From assembly GCA_037444405.1 (NCBI GenBank), contig JBBIML010000024.1, positions 1 to 39,743 of the forward strand: a stretch of 39,743 bases of DNA, given 5' to 3'. Position 1 is the stretch's first letter. Every line of letters starts with the position of its first letter. Position numbers and translations under genes: made by a program. Under the pieces are notes generated by a model. That model saw nothing but the letters and a program-made list of their open reading frames with translations, was not told the origin of the DNA and ran no database searches. Positions 25,954 through 35,609 of this stretch are shown here, in pieces. The stretch comes from Armatimonadota bacterium. Its GTDB lineage: Bacteria; Armatimonadota; Fimbriimonadia; Fimbriimonadales; GBS-DC.

Positions 25954-28455
25954 CTAACGCAAGCATTCCGCGACGAGATGGGCATACTGCTCCATCAGGC
26001 GGCTCGCGTCGGTTTCATCGGGCGCTTCGGCGTAGAGGTGGATCAGCGGCTCGGCGGAATCGGGCAGCAGGAGTACCCATGCGTCGGGTCGGGCATAAAT
26101 CTTCAAGCCGTCGATGGTCTCCACACGCCCCTGCACACGCTGGGCAATCGCGCGCATCACGCGCCCCTTCTGCTCCCACGCGCACGGAAGGCTCTGGTGC
26201 AGTTGCACAAAGGGTGGTATCTGGTCGCGGATCTCGGCAAGGCTACAGTTTGCCTGCTGGGCGGCTTCCAGCAGGCGCACATAGGCGAACATCGCGTCGA
26301 AGCCCGGATGGAAATCGGGGAAGATGAACCCGCCGTTCAAATCGCCGGCGAGCAGCAACCGTTCCGCCTGCTCCACCGCCGTCGCGGTCAGCGAGCGCAC
26401 ATCGGCGCGCGTGCGCACGACCTCCACCCCGAACGGCTCCACCAGCGGCTCCAGCGCGGCGGGCGCATGCACGGGCACGGCAATCGCGCCGCCACTCTGC
26501 ACCCGCGCCATCAGCACAGCGAACACCATCAGCAGCATCGCGCCTTCAATCGGACGCCCGCGCTCGTCAATCACGGTCAACCGCTCACCCTCATTCTCCA
26601 TCAGCATTCCGCAGTCCGCGTTCAGCGCCTGCACAATCTGGCGCAGGGTGCTGATAAACGCCTCATGTTCCGAGGGCGTGCGCGGCGTGCGCACAGGGTC
26701 GGGATAGGCGTTCAGTGCAACCACCTCATAGCCCAGCTGACCCAGAATCGCCGGGTAGATGTTTGCCACGCGACTGAAGGCGAAATCAGCCACGATTCGG
26801 AGCCGCCGCCCGCCCAGCGGCAACTTCAGCAACTGGAAGAACTGATCCTGATACTGCTCGATCGCGCGCGAGGCGAAATGGATCGTGCCGACCGCCTCCG
26901 GGTCGCTGCGGGCGAAGTCCTCCCGAAAGAAGAGATGCTCAATTTTGCGCTCGTTGCGTCGGGGCAGATAGCTCCCGCGCCTGTCGAAAAACTCCATCAG
27001 CGTCATACGGCTGTTGTTCGGCGCGACGCGGATGTTCACCCCGCCCGCCGCGCCCGATGTGCGAATCGTGAAGCGGGTAATCGGCAGCGGCATCGCCCGC
27101 AAATCCAGCACATCGACACCTGTCGACAGCACGCCCGCGATAAATGCCCGCTTGAGCATCCGCGACGCGCGAAAGGTGTCGCGGGCAACCACCACCGTCG
27201 AACCGCGTGCAAGCGAGGAGCCGTATGCCGCGCCCAGCTTCGTCGCCAGCTCTGGCGTGATCTCAATATTCGACAGCCCCGACACGCCCAGCTCATGAAA
27301 CAGCGCGCCCCGCCAGCGCGCGCCCCACACCAGGCTCATCGTCACCGTCGAGCCGCTCTCGATGTACTTATCCGGCCAGAGCTTCACGCGCGGGCGCAAA
27401 GTGCTATCGCGCTCGATATGACAGCGGTCGGCGACCACCGTCTCTTCCTGCAGTTGCACATTCTCTTTGATGATAACGCCGGTGCCCACAATCGCGCCCT
27501 GCAGGTGGCTGCCTGCCCCGATGTAGGTGCGATCCCATACCACGCTGTGCGTGATAATCGCGTCGCGCTCCACGATGCAGTTATCGCCCAGCACGCTGAA
27601 GGGTCCCAACGTGGCGCCGCCGCGAATGTGGCAGTTGCTGCCGATGCACACGGGCGGCACAATCTGCACATCGGTCTCGATCGTCGTGTTCGTGCCAACC
27701 CACACGCCCTGCATCGTCGCGGTGCCCGGCAGCGGCAGTTTCGCCCTGCCCGTGAGCAGATCGTGGTGCGCATCGCGATACTGCTGGAGCGAGCCGATGT
27801 CACTCCAGTATTCGCTCATTACATAGCCATACAGCGGCTTGCCTTCGCGCAACAGCAACGGGAACAGGTCCTGACTGAAATCGTACGGCTTGCCCGCTTC
27901 CATGTAATCAAAAATCTCAGGCTCCAGAATGTAGATGCCCGTGTTAACGGTGTCGGAGAACACTTCGCCCCATGAGGGCTTCTCCAGGAATCGCGTGATG
28001 CGTCCCGTTTCGTCGGTGATGACCACGCCGAACTCCAGCGGGTTGGGCACGCGGGTCAGGATCAGCGTTGCGAGTGCGCCACGCTCGCGATGGAACTCCA
28101 GCGCGGGCTGCAAATTCACATCGGTCAGCGCGTCACCGCTAATAATCAAAAAAGTGCCGTCCTGCAGCAGATGTTCCACCTGCTTGACGCTGCCTGCTGT
28201 GCCCAGCGGCGTGTCCTCGATGGAGTAGAACAGGCTCATATCCCAGTCGCTGCCGTCGCCGAAGTAGCCCTGGATGGCATCCGCCAGATAGTGGAGCGTC
28301 GCCACCACAGCAGTGATGCCTTGCGCCCGCAACAGCAGCAGAATATGCTCCATAATCGGGCGGTTGCACACGGGCACCAGCGGCTTGGGACGGTTCGCCG
28401 TGATGGGACGCAGGCGCGAGCCTTCGCCCCCTGCCATCACCACTGCCTTCATCAC
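25954..28455 (-). CDS. mannose-1-phosphate guanylyltransferase / phosphomannomutase-like fusion
   Basis: [45 protein letters not shown]; hexapeptide LbH repeats; C-terminal PMM-like domains. Confidence 0.9.
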   Translation of the reverse strand: MMKAVVMAGGEGSRLRPITANRPKPLVPVCNRPIMEHILLLLRAQGITAVVATLHYLADAIQGYFGDGSDWDMSLFYSIEDTPLGTAGSVKQVEHLLQDGTFLIISGDALTDVNLQPALEFHRERGALATLILTRVPNPLEFGVVITDETGRITRFLEKPSWGEVFSDTVNTGIYILEPEIFDYMEAGKPYDFSQDLFPLLLREGKPLYGYVMSEYWSDIGSLQQYRDAHHDLLTGRAKLPLPGTATMQGVWVGTNTTIETDVQIVPPVCIGSNCHIRGGATLGPFSVLGDNCIVERDAIITHSVVWDRTYIGAGSHLQGAIVGTGVIIKENVQLQEETVVADRCHIERDSTLRPRVKLWPDKYIESGSTVTMSLVWGARWRGALFHELGVSGLSNIEITPELATKLGAAYGSSLARGSTVVVARDTFRASRMLKRAFIAGVLSTGVDVLDLRAMPLPITRFTIRTSGAAGGVNIRVAPNNSRMTLMEFFDRRGSYLPRRNERKIEHLFFREDFARSDPEAVGTIHFASRAIEQYQDQFFQLLKLPLGGRRLRIVADFAFSRVANIYPAILGQLGYEVVALNAYPDPVRTPRTPSEHEAFISTLRQIVQALNADCGMLMENEGERLTVIDERGRPIEGAMLLMVFAVLMARVQSGGAIAVPVHAPAALEPLVEPFGVEVVRTRADVRSLTATAVEQAERLLLAGDLNGGFIFPDFHPGFDAMFAYVRLLEAAQQANCSLAEIRDQIPPFVQLHQSLPCAWEQKGRVMRAIAQRVQGRVETIDGLKIYARPDAWVLLLPDSAEPLIHLYAEAPDETDASRLMEQYAHLVAECLR

Positions 28456-28548
28456 GCCTTAAACCGTTCGCCCCACCGCCACCGCTTTCCTGCTTCCGCC
28501 AGTGGGTACAATCTACGCATGTACAGAGCGTTATGGAGGTTCAGACGG

Positions 28549-29283
28549 ATGAGAACAGGCACACTGTTGATGGCATGGCTGATGGTGTTCGTGATGATTC
28601 CCGTTGGGCTGACGGCACAACGCGGGCGTCTGACTGCCACGCAGATTCTGGATCGAGCCGCGCAGGCGGAAGCACCGCCCAGCGCCCGCGCCCGCATCAA
28701 AAGCCTGCGCATTAAAGGACAGGTATCCGTTCCTGCACAGGGGCTGAACGGCAGCATCGAAATCTACTGGAAATCGCCCAACAGGCTGCTGGTGGTGCAG
28801 AACCTGTCCGGCGTGGGTGAGGTCCGTCAGGGTTTTGACGGCAAGGTCGGCTGGGAGAAAAGTCCGCTCACTGGACTGCGCCGCCTGCAGGGCGCTGAGC
28901 TGGAACAGTTCAAATACACCTCAGACAACACCGCCGCCGTGCGCTGGCGCCAGTTCGTGCGCTCGCCCAAACTTAAAGGCACGCAGAAAGTGGGCAACAC
29001 TCAAACCTATGTGGTGCAGGCGACCACCACCTACGGCGCCAGCATCACCTTCTACATCGACACGAAGCAGTTCCTCACCCGCCGCGTCGATACCGAAGTC
29101 GCAGTGCAGGGCGGTAAGCTGCCCGTGAGCCTCTTTTTTGAAGACTATCGCAGGGTGGACGGCATCCACTATCCCTTCCGCACGCGGCAGCAGATGGCAG
29201 GACTGGAGATGATTATGCAGTTTCAGCAGGTCAGCCATAATGTGCCGCTGCCCGATTCAATATTTGCGATGCCGAAAGAGTAG
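28549..29283 (+). CDS. secreted LolA-like / outer-membrane lipoprotein-sorting-like protein (alternative start 28519)
   Basis: GGAGG SD; signal peptide; QGFDGKVGW; FYIDTKQFL; FEDYRRVDG; NVPLPDSIFAMP. Confidence 0.75.
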   Translation: MRTGTLLMAWLMVFVMIPVGLTAQRGRLTATQILDRAAQAEAPPSARARIKSLRIKGQVSVPAQGLNGSIEIYWKSPNRLLVVQNLSGVGEVRQGFDGKVGWEKSPLTGLRRLQGAELEQFKYTSDNTAAVRWRQFVRSPKLKGTQKVGNTQTYVVQATTTYGASITFYIDTKQFLTRRVDTEVAVQGGKLPVSLFFEDYRRVDGIHYPFRTRQQMAGLEMIMQFQQVSHNVPLPDSIFAMPKE

Positions 29284-29298
29284 AGGTGGACAGCCATT

Positions 29299-30093
29299 AT
29301 GTTAGAGGTTGAGGGGCTGGTCAAGTCGTTCAAGGGTTTCCGCGCGGTGGATGGCGTTAGCTTTCGCGTGGAGGCAGGCGAGATTGTGGGGCTGCTGGGT
29401 CCCAACGGTGCGGGCAAGACAACCACGCTGCGTTGTATCTGCGGGATTCTGAAACCCGACGCGGGACGCATCACCATCGGCGGCTACGATCTCGCCCAGC
29501 AGGAGCGCGAAGCCAAGCGCCTGCTCGCCTTCATCCCCGAAACGCCGAACCCCTACGAGCTGCTCACCGTGCGCGAGCATCTGAAGCTGATAGCGATGTG
29601 CTACGATACCCTGCACCTCTATCGTGAGCGTGCGGAGGAGTTGCTCGCCCGCTTCGAACTACTGGACAAGGCGGACGCGCTGGCGGGCACGCTCTCCAAA
29701 GGCATGAAGCAGAAGCTGGCGGCGGTGTGTGCGCTGATTCACGACGCGAAGGTGTTCCTGTGCGACGAGCCGCTGATGGGCATCGACCCACGCGGGCAAT
29801 ACACGCTCAAGGCGGAACTGCAACGCCTGCGCGACGAGGGCTGCGCCATCTTCGTCAGCACGCACCAGCTCGACACCGCTGAACGCCTGTGCGACCGCGT
29901 CATCATTATGCACAGGGGTCAGATTCTGGCGGAGGGCACGCTGAGCGAGCTTCAGGCGCGAGCGCAGATGGCGGGCAGCACGCTGGAAGAGGTGTTCCTG
30001 CGCCTGACCGAAGAAGCCGAGACGCCCGCCGCCGAGCCAGCCCCCGCCTACGCGCTCGGCTCAACGCGCTCCGAAACTGAACAGCACCAGTAG
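29299..30093 (+). CDS. ABC transporter ATP-binding protein (ABC-2/EcsA-like)
   Basis: GPNGAGKTT; LSKGMKQK; LCDEP; STH. Confidence 0.92.
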   Translation: MLEVEGLVKSFKGFRAVDGVSFRVEAGEIVGLLGPNGAGKTTTLRCICGILKPDAGRITIGGYDLAQQEREAKRLLAFIPETPNPYELLTVREHLKLIAMCYDTLHLYRERAEELLARFELLDKADALAGTLSKGMKQKLAAVCALIHDAKVFLCDEPLMGIDPRGQYTLKAELQRLRDEGCAIFVSTHQLDTAERLCDRVIIMHRGQILAEGTLSELQARAQMAGSTLEEVFLRLTEEAETPAAEPAPAYALGSTRSETEQHQ

Positions 30094-30978
30094 CAGGTCG
30101 GCATCGTCCACCACACCGTTCCGATCGATATCGGTGGGGTGGTTGCAACCCACCGACCTGCCGAAGTCGAACAGCACCGCGAGCAGATCGGCGTCGTCCA
30201 CGATGCCGTCCATGTTCACATCGGCAGGCAGATGGGCAACACTGACCTCAAGGTAGTCGAATCGGGCGACGGGCGCAGGCGCGCCGCTGCCGCCCGCCGT
30301 ATCCACATATAGCCCAACCTGACCGCCCTGCTGCGCCACTGCCCGCAGGCTGGCAAACGCGCTCAGCGGGCGAGGCGAACCCTGCAACGGACGCCAGTAG
30401 AGACCGTCCTCACGGTCATAGAAGAAGTGAACCTGATCCGTTGCAGGGTCATAGCGAATCAGCAGGCGGACGGTATCGCCTTCTGATGGCTCCCAGAGGG
30501 GGCTGTCCAGCCCCGCCCACCGATAGACGCCGAGCGCCTCATGCCCGCCACTCACCCGCAGCCGATGGCTCTGGGTCGGGTCGTAAACCAGGTGAAGATT
30601 AAAATAGTTGTCCGCATCGGTGAAGACAACGACGCCTGCCTGCACATAGGCGCCGCTGATCCCGCCTCTGTCAAGCTGCAAGCGCGTTTCGATTCGCCAT
30701 TCGCCACGCAGCGGGGGCACGGAAATGCTGGGCAAATTGCGGATACTATTATAGCCCTGATAGAGCGTGCCTGGCTGGGCGGTGATTTGCAGGCTGTCGC
30801 CGTCGAACGCAACACGGCTGCCATCCAGGGTGTCGAACGGATTATTGCCCGCCACCTGCCAGCTCCACTGGTCTATCAGCTCGAAGCCGCTGCGGAACTC
30901 GTCCAGCCATGTCTGGGCGGACGTCAGTCCGCACAGGACGCTCATCAGTCCCAGCAGGCTCGTAAAGCGCATCGCCAT
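30061..30978 (-). CDS. secreted ConA/lectin-fold protein with C-terminal duplicated dockerin/EF-hand-like motif
   Basis: Signal peptide; YVQAGVVVFTDADNYF; FDYL; tail DVNMDGIVDDADLLAVLFDFG...DIDRNGVVDDADLLLVLFSFG; TGATG coupling to the upstream gene. Confidence 0.8.
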   Translation of the reverse strand: MAMRFTSLLGLMSVLCGLTSAQTWLDEFRSGFELIDQWSWQVAGNNPFDTLDGSRVAFDGDSLQITAQPGTLYQGYNSIRNLPSISVPPLRGEWRIETRLQLDRGGISGAYVQAGVVVFTDADNYFNLHLVYDPTQSHRLRVSGGHEALGVYRWAGLDSPLWEPSEGDTVRLLIRYDPATDQVHFFYDREDGLYWRPLQGSPRPLSAFASLRAVAQQGGQVGLYVDTAGGSGAPAPVARFDYLEVSVAHLPADVNMDGIVDDADLLAVLFDFGRSVGCNHPTDIDRNGVVDDADLLLVLFSFGAR

Positions 30979-31652
30979 CACCTCAACGGGATGAACTCGA
31001 ATCGGCTGATAATCACCTCCACCTCGCGCCCATCGGTGGGTGGCTGACCGTTCAGCAGCCACAGATTAATGCGCGGCGTTTCGTCGCCGGGTGGCGGCAC
31101 AAAGCTGCCCGTGTAGACCCACTCGGCAACCATATCGCTCGTGCGCGGGGTGTCAACCCGATGCCCGCGCAGGCTCTGGAAGGTGATGCGACCTGGCTCC
31201 CAGCGGAACCAGTGGAGCGAGCGTGGCGTGTTCGCCAGCCACCAGAATGCGCGCTGCGGATTGCCCGAATCGTGCGGACGAATCGTGTAGTAGCCGTTGG
31301 GTCCCGAAGCGCCCTGAAAGCGGGCAAACTCAATATCGATCTCGCGATAGCCATACTGGGAGTTGTTGCTCCATGTGAACAGCCCCAGCACCACGCGCGG
31401 GTCGAGCGCATGCACCTCGCTCTCTAAATAGAAGCGATAGGTGCCGTAGCCGAGCGACCGGGTGTGGATCACCTCAGCGCAGAGCCAGCGACTGCCCTCA
31501 CGCGTGATTTTGAGATGCAGTCGCCCCTGCGCGTCCACCCACACATTGCACTCCGAGTCGGAGAAGTAGTTCGGGCCGGGTCCCGCGGGCGTGTTGTGGC
31601 GCTTGACCCACCACTGCGCCCCTGAAAAAGTGATGGTTCGGCTGTATTGCAT
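30978..31652 (-). CDS. GH16-like glycoside hydrolase
   Basis: NVWVDAQGRLHL; LGYGTYRF; REIDIEF (ExDxE catalytic motif); FRWEPGRITF; RINLW. No signal peptide seen. Confidence 0.8.
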   Translation of the reverse strand: MQYSRTITFSGAQWWVKRHNTPAGPGPNYFSDSECNVWVDAQGRLHLKITREGSRWLCAEVIHTRSLGYGTYRFYLESEVHALDPRVVLGLFTWSNNSQYGYREIDIEFARFQGASGPNGYYTIRPHDSGNPQRAFWWLANTPRSLHWFRWEPGRITFQSLRGHRVDTPRTSDMVAEWVYTGSFVPPPGDETPRINLWLLNGQPPTDGREVEVIISRFEFIPLR

Positions 31653-31657
31653 GGGTT

Positions 31658-32470
<813 letters not shown>

Positions 32471-32495
32471 TTGGTTCCACCTCCATCGGGTTTCA

Positions 32496-32526
32496 GCTGG
32501 CAGGGAGACTCGCTCTCCCCACCAGC
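32496..32526 (-). other. intercistronic GC-rich stem-loop (mRNA stabiliser or attenuator)
   Basis: GCTGGTGGGGAGA-GCGAG-TCTCCCTGCCAGC; 13-bp stem with 2 GU pairs; no U-tract. Confidence 0.55.
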
Positions 32527-32544
32527 CATGTAGTTGATGCCGAT

Positions 32545-33495
32545 TTAGCAACCCGTGCCAAAGTTGAACAGCACGGTCAGCAGGTCGCTATCGTCAACGG
32601 TGCCGTCGAGATTGGTGTCTTCATCCATGCAGTCGCCTGTGCTGCCGAAGGCGAACAGCACGGCTAACAGGTCACTATCGTCCACACAGCCATCGGCGTT
32701 GATGTCGCCAGCGGGCGCAATGGGGAGATTGGTCGCGATGTAGTCGAACTCGAAGGCGTTCTGGTAGCCCCCGCCCGCGTTATCCGTGTAAACACCAACG
32801 CGCACGCTCGGGTTGTTCAACAGGCTGAAAATAGCCTGATACTGCCAGCTCGACGAGTCGTAGACACCGCCGTTGAAGCCATCGAACAGCACCCAGTCGG
32901 GGTCGGTCGAGCGCCGATAGTAGAGATTGATGAGATTCGTTGCAGGATCGTATTCGACCTTCACCCCGATCCAGTTGGTGTCGGGTATCCAGGCGTTGCT
33001 GACGCGCTCGCCCCAGGCGAAGTTGTCGTTGGTTTCGATATTGGTCGAGCCGTACACATTCTGGTTGCCGCTGCCGGGGTTGTTCGCGTCGCGGGTCACC
33101 AGCAGCTGGAAGTAGTTCGCCGCGTCGGTGAAGACGACCAGCCCCGCCTGCACATAGTTGTAGTCGGCGAACACGCTCCAGTCGGTGCGGAAGGCGGTCT
33201 CGATGTACCAGCCGAAGCCATCGGGTAGAGGACCCACCACGCGCAGGTTGGGCACATCCCGATGCGCGTTGTAGAAGGAGAACATGCCCCCATCACGCAT
33301 CTGGATGACCAGCGCCTCGCTGGTGAAGCTCACGGCGGTTGGGTCCAGGGTGCATTCGGGGTTGTTCACGGGGACACGCCACGACCATCGCAGGGAGGAA
33401 CTGAACCCGCCGTCGAAGTCATCGCGGGTCTGCACATACGCTGTGCCCAGCATCATCGCACAGCTCAACACCATCATCACCGTTCGCGCTCTCAT
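32545..33495 (-). CDS. secreted ConA/lectin-fold protein with duplicated dockerin/EF-hand-like tail (paralog of 30061-30978)
   Basis: AAGGAGG SD; signal peptide; [42 protein letters not shown]...[21 protein letters not shown]. Confidence 0.85.
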   Translation of the reverse strand: MRARTVMMVLSCAMMLGTAYVQTRDDFDGGFSSSLRWSWRVPVNNPECTLDPTAVSFTSEALVIQMRDGGMFSFYNAHRDVPNLRVVGPLPDGFGWYIETAFRTDWSVFADYNYVQAGLVVFTDAANYFQLLVTRDANNPGSGNQNVYGSTNIETNDNFAWGERVSNAWIPDTNWIGVKVEYDPATNLINLYYRRSTDPDWVLFDGFNGGVYDSSSWQYQAIFSLLNNPSVRVGVYTDNAGGGYQNAFEFDYIATNLPIAPAGDINADGCVDDSDLLAVLFAFGSTGDCMDEDTNLDGTVDDSDLLTVLFNFGTGC

Positions 33496-34580
33496 CGTTT
33501 GGAACCTCCTTCACTGGATTGAGGGGAGCCAACACCTGCCTGCACAACGGCGCGGGGGGCAATCACGGTATGGCGCACGATAAGCGTGCCCGGCAACAGG
33601 ATCGGCTGCGGCGCACCATGACCCTGCTCCAGCTGTTGCAGGAGAATCTGCGCCGTCAGATAGCCGACCTGATACTTATCGTGACGGATGGTGGTCAGGT
33701 GAGGGATAATGGGCTGGATGAGCGGTTCGTCGTCGAAGCCTGCCACCGAGAGGTCTTCGGGGATGCGGATTCCGCGTCGCTCGCACGCCTGAATGAAGCC
33801 CGCTGCCATGCCGTCGTTGGCGCAGATGACGACCGACGGCAACGCGGCGCATCGGAGCAACTGCTCGGCAGCTTGCTGACCCGATTCCATCGAGTAGTCG
33901 CCCTGCAGGACCCACTCTTCACGCACGGGATAGCCCCACTCGCTCATCACGGCGCGGAAAGCACGCTCACGCTGATGCGCGCTCCAGTGGAGCGGATGCC
34001 CCTTCACGAAGCCAATCTCACGATGTCCCTGCTGCAGAATCCACTCCACAAGCAGGCGCATCGCGCCTTCGTTGTCGATATCGACGGTGCCGAGCGAGTA
34101 GTTTGCGGGCAGCGTGCTGCCAGCGGCGACAGCGGGCAGAGCCGAATGCCGACACCACTCCAGCAGAGGGGAGCCAATCGTGGGCGCCAGCAATATCGCG
34201 CCATCGATGGTGCCGTTATCGATGCGCCGCCAGAACGAGTCGGGGTCAGTCGCGCGTGGAGAGATGATTTTGACATCGTACTCCAGCGGCTCCAGGCACG
34301 CCAGCACGCCGTCCAGCACATGCTGGGCGTAATCGCTGCGGGTGATGCGCGCATGCGTCGGGTCTAAAATGAAGCCGATCGTGCAGGTGCGCCGGCGGGC
34401 GAGACTGCGTGCCAGATGGTTCGCACGATAGCCCAGCTCCCGCGCGGCGGTCAACACCCGCTCGACGGTCTGTGCCTGATAGAGGTGATAGCGCCCCTGC
34501 AGAATGTTCGAAGCAGTGGTCAGCGAACATCCCGCCTGTTGCGCCACCTCACGCAGCGTTACTCGTCGCTTCATCGCCAT
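33492..34580 (-). CDS. LacI-family transcriptional regulator
   Basis: TLREVAQQAGCSLTTASNIL HTH; LGYRANHLARSL; ICAND; IPEDLSVAGFDD; LTTI. Confidence 0.95.
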   Translation of the reverse strand: MAMKRRVTLREVAQQAGCSLTTASNILQGRYHLYQAQTVERVLTAARELGYRANHLARSLARRRTCTIGFILDPTHARITRSDYAQHVLDGVLACLEPLEYDVKIISPRATDPDSFWRRIDNGTIDGAILLAPTIGSPLLEWCRHSALPAVAAGSTLPANYSLGTVDIDNEGAMRLLVEWILQQGHREIGFVKGHPLHWSAHQRERAFRAVMSEWGYPVREEWVLQGDYSMESGQQAAEQLLRCAALPSVVICANDGMAAGFIQACERRGIRIPEDLSVAGFDDEPLIQPIIPHLTTIRHDKYQVGYLTAQILLQQLEQGHGAPQPILLPGTLIVRHTVIAPRAVVQAGVGSPQSSEGGSKR

Positions 34581-34588
34581 CCCCTGTA

Positions 34589-34659
34589 TGGAAACGCTTC
34601 CACAATATGCGCCTCCTCATACCTGGCTCCGTACCAGCCAGCCTGTGAAAGCGCTTCCA
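34589..34659. promoter_or_regulatory. two LacI-type operators
   Basis: TGGAAACGCTTCCA (34589-34602) and TGAAAGCGCTTCCA (34646-34659): 14-bp pseudo-palindromes with central CG. Confidence 0.8.
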
Positions 34660-34666
34660 TAACCCT

Positions 34667-34696
34667 ATTATATCCCATCGAGGGGCGGTTTGTCAA
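34667..34696 (-). promoter_or_regulatory. consensus sigma70 promoter TTGACA-N18-TATAAT for the LacI operon
   Basis: tgtcaa 34691-34696 and attata 34667-34672 on the + strand; one operator lies at the predicted start site. Confidence 0.8.
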
Positions 34697-34778
34697 GAGG
34701 GGAATGCCGACTTCACAGGAACCGCGCGAACAGGAAGATCGCCCGGCGTCGCGAATCGCTTCGATGGAGGGAGAAACG

Positions 34779-35609
34779 ATGCATATTGGCATTTTGACGG
34801 CTCCGTTTGGGCGTGAACCGCTGGAGATGGTGTTCCAGTTCGCGGCGCAACACGGCTTCCGCACGCTGGAACTGGCGTGTGGCTACGGGCATCCGCACCT
34901 TGACCTTGAGAAGCCCGATACCGACACTCTCCAGCGACTGATGGAGCGCTACAATGTGGGGCTATCGGCGATCGCCTTCTACACGAACAACACCCATCCC
35001 GATCCGCAGGAGCGCAGGCGCAACAACGAGGGCGTGCGCCGCGCCATCGATATCGCCCACTCGCTTGGCGTTGGCGTCGTCTGCACGCTGGCGGGGCATC
35101 CCGTGCCCGGCAAAAGCAAAATGCAAACCATCGAGGAGGATTGCGTTGCCGTGTTCACGCCCCTGGTGGAGTACGCCGGGCAAAAAGGGGTGCAGATTGC
35201 GCTCGAAAACTGGTTCGCCACCAACATTCAGGCGCTCGATCACTGGCAGCGGCTGTTCGAGGTGGTGCCCCATCCCAACTTCGGGCTGAACTTCGACCCG
35301 TCGCACCTGCTGTGGCAGCAGATCGATTATATTAATGCCGTCTATCTGTTTGGCTCGCGCATCTTCCACACGCACGCGAAGGACACCGAGATTATGCGTC
35401 AGCGGCTGGAGTATGTGGGCAATCAGGGCAGCGGCTGGTGGCGCTATGTGATCCCGGGGCTGGGCGCAGTGCGCTGGGGCGAGTATATCGGCGCGCTGCG
35501 GCGCGTCGGCTACAACGGCGTGCTATCGATTGAACATGAGGACAGCGCGCTCGGACGCGAGGAGGGCTTCCTCATCGGCAAACGCTATCTGGAGCAGTTC
35601 ATCGCGTAG
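34779..35609 (+). CDS. sugar phosphate isomerase/epimerase (AP-endonuclease-2 TIM barrel)
   Basis: GGAGG SD; IALENW; GLNFDPSH; FHTHAKD; PGLG; LSIEHED metal ligands. Confidence 0.9.
   Translation: MHIGILTAPFGREPLEMVFQFAAQHGFRTLELACGYGHPHLDLEKPDTDTLQRLMERYNVGLSAIAFYTNNTHPDPQERRRNNEGVRRAIDIAHSLGVGVVCTLAGHPVPGKSKMQTIEEDCVAVFTPLVEYAGQKGVQIALENWFATNIQALDHWQRLFEVVPHPNFGLNFDPSHLLWQQIDYINAVYLFGSRIFHTHAKDTEIMRQRLEYVGNQGSGWWRYVIPGLGAVRWGEYIGALRRVGYNGVLSIEHEDSALGREEGFLIGKRYLEQFIA

Noticed and set aside
25366..27975. 869-aa + strand ORF, and similar long shadows at 14362-16125, 3147-4016, 7152-8150 and 36025-37101
   Set aside because: Antisense shadows of well-supported genes in high-GC DNA; no recognisable motifs.
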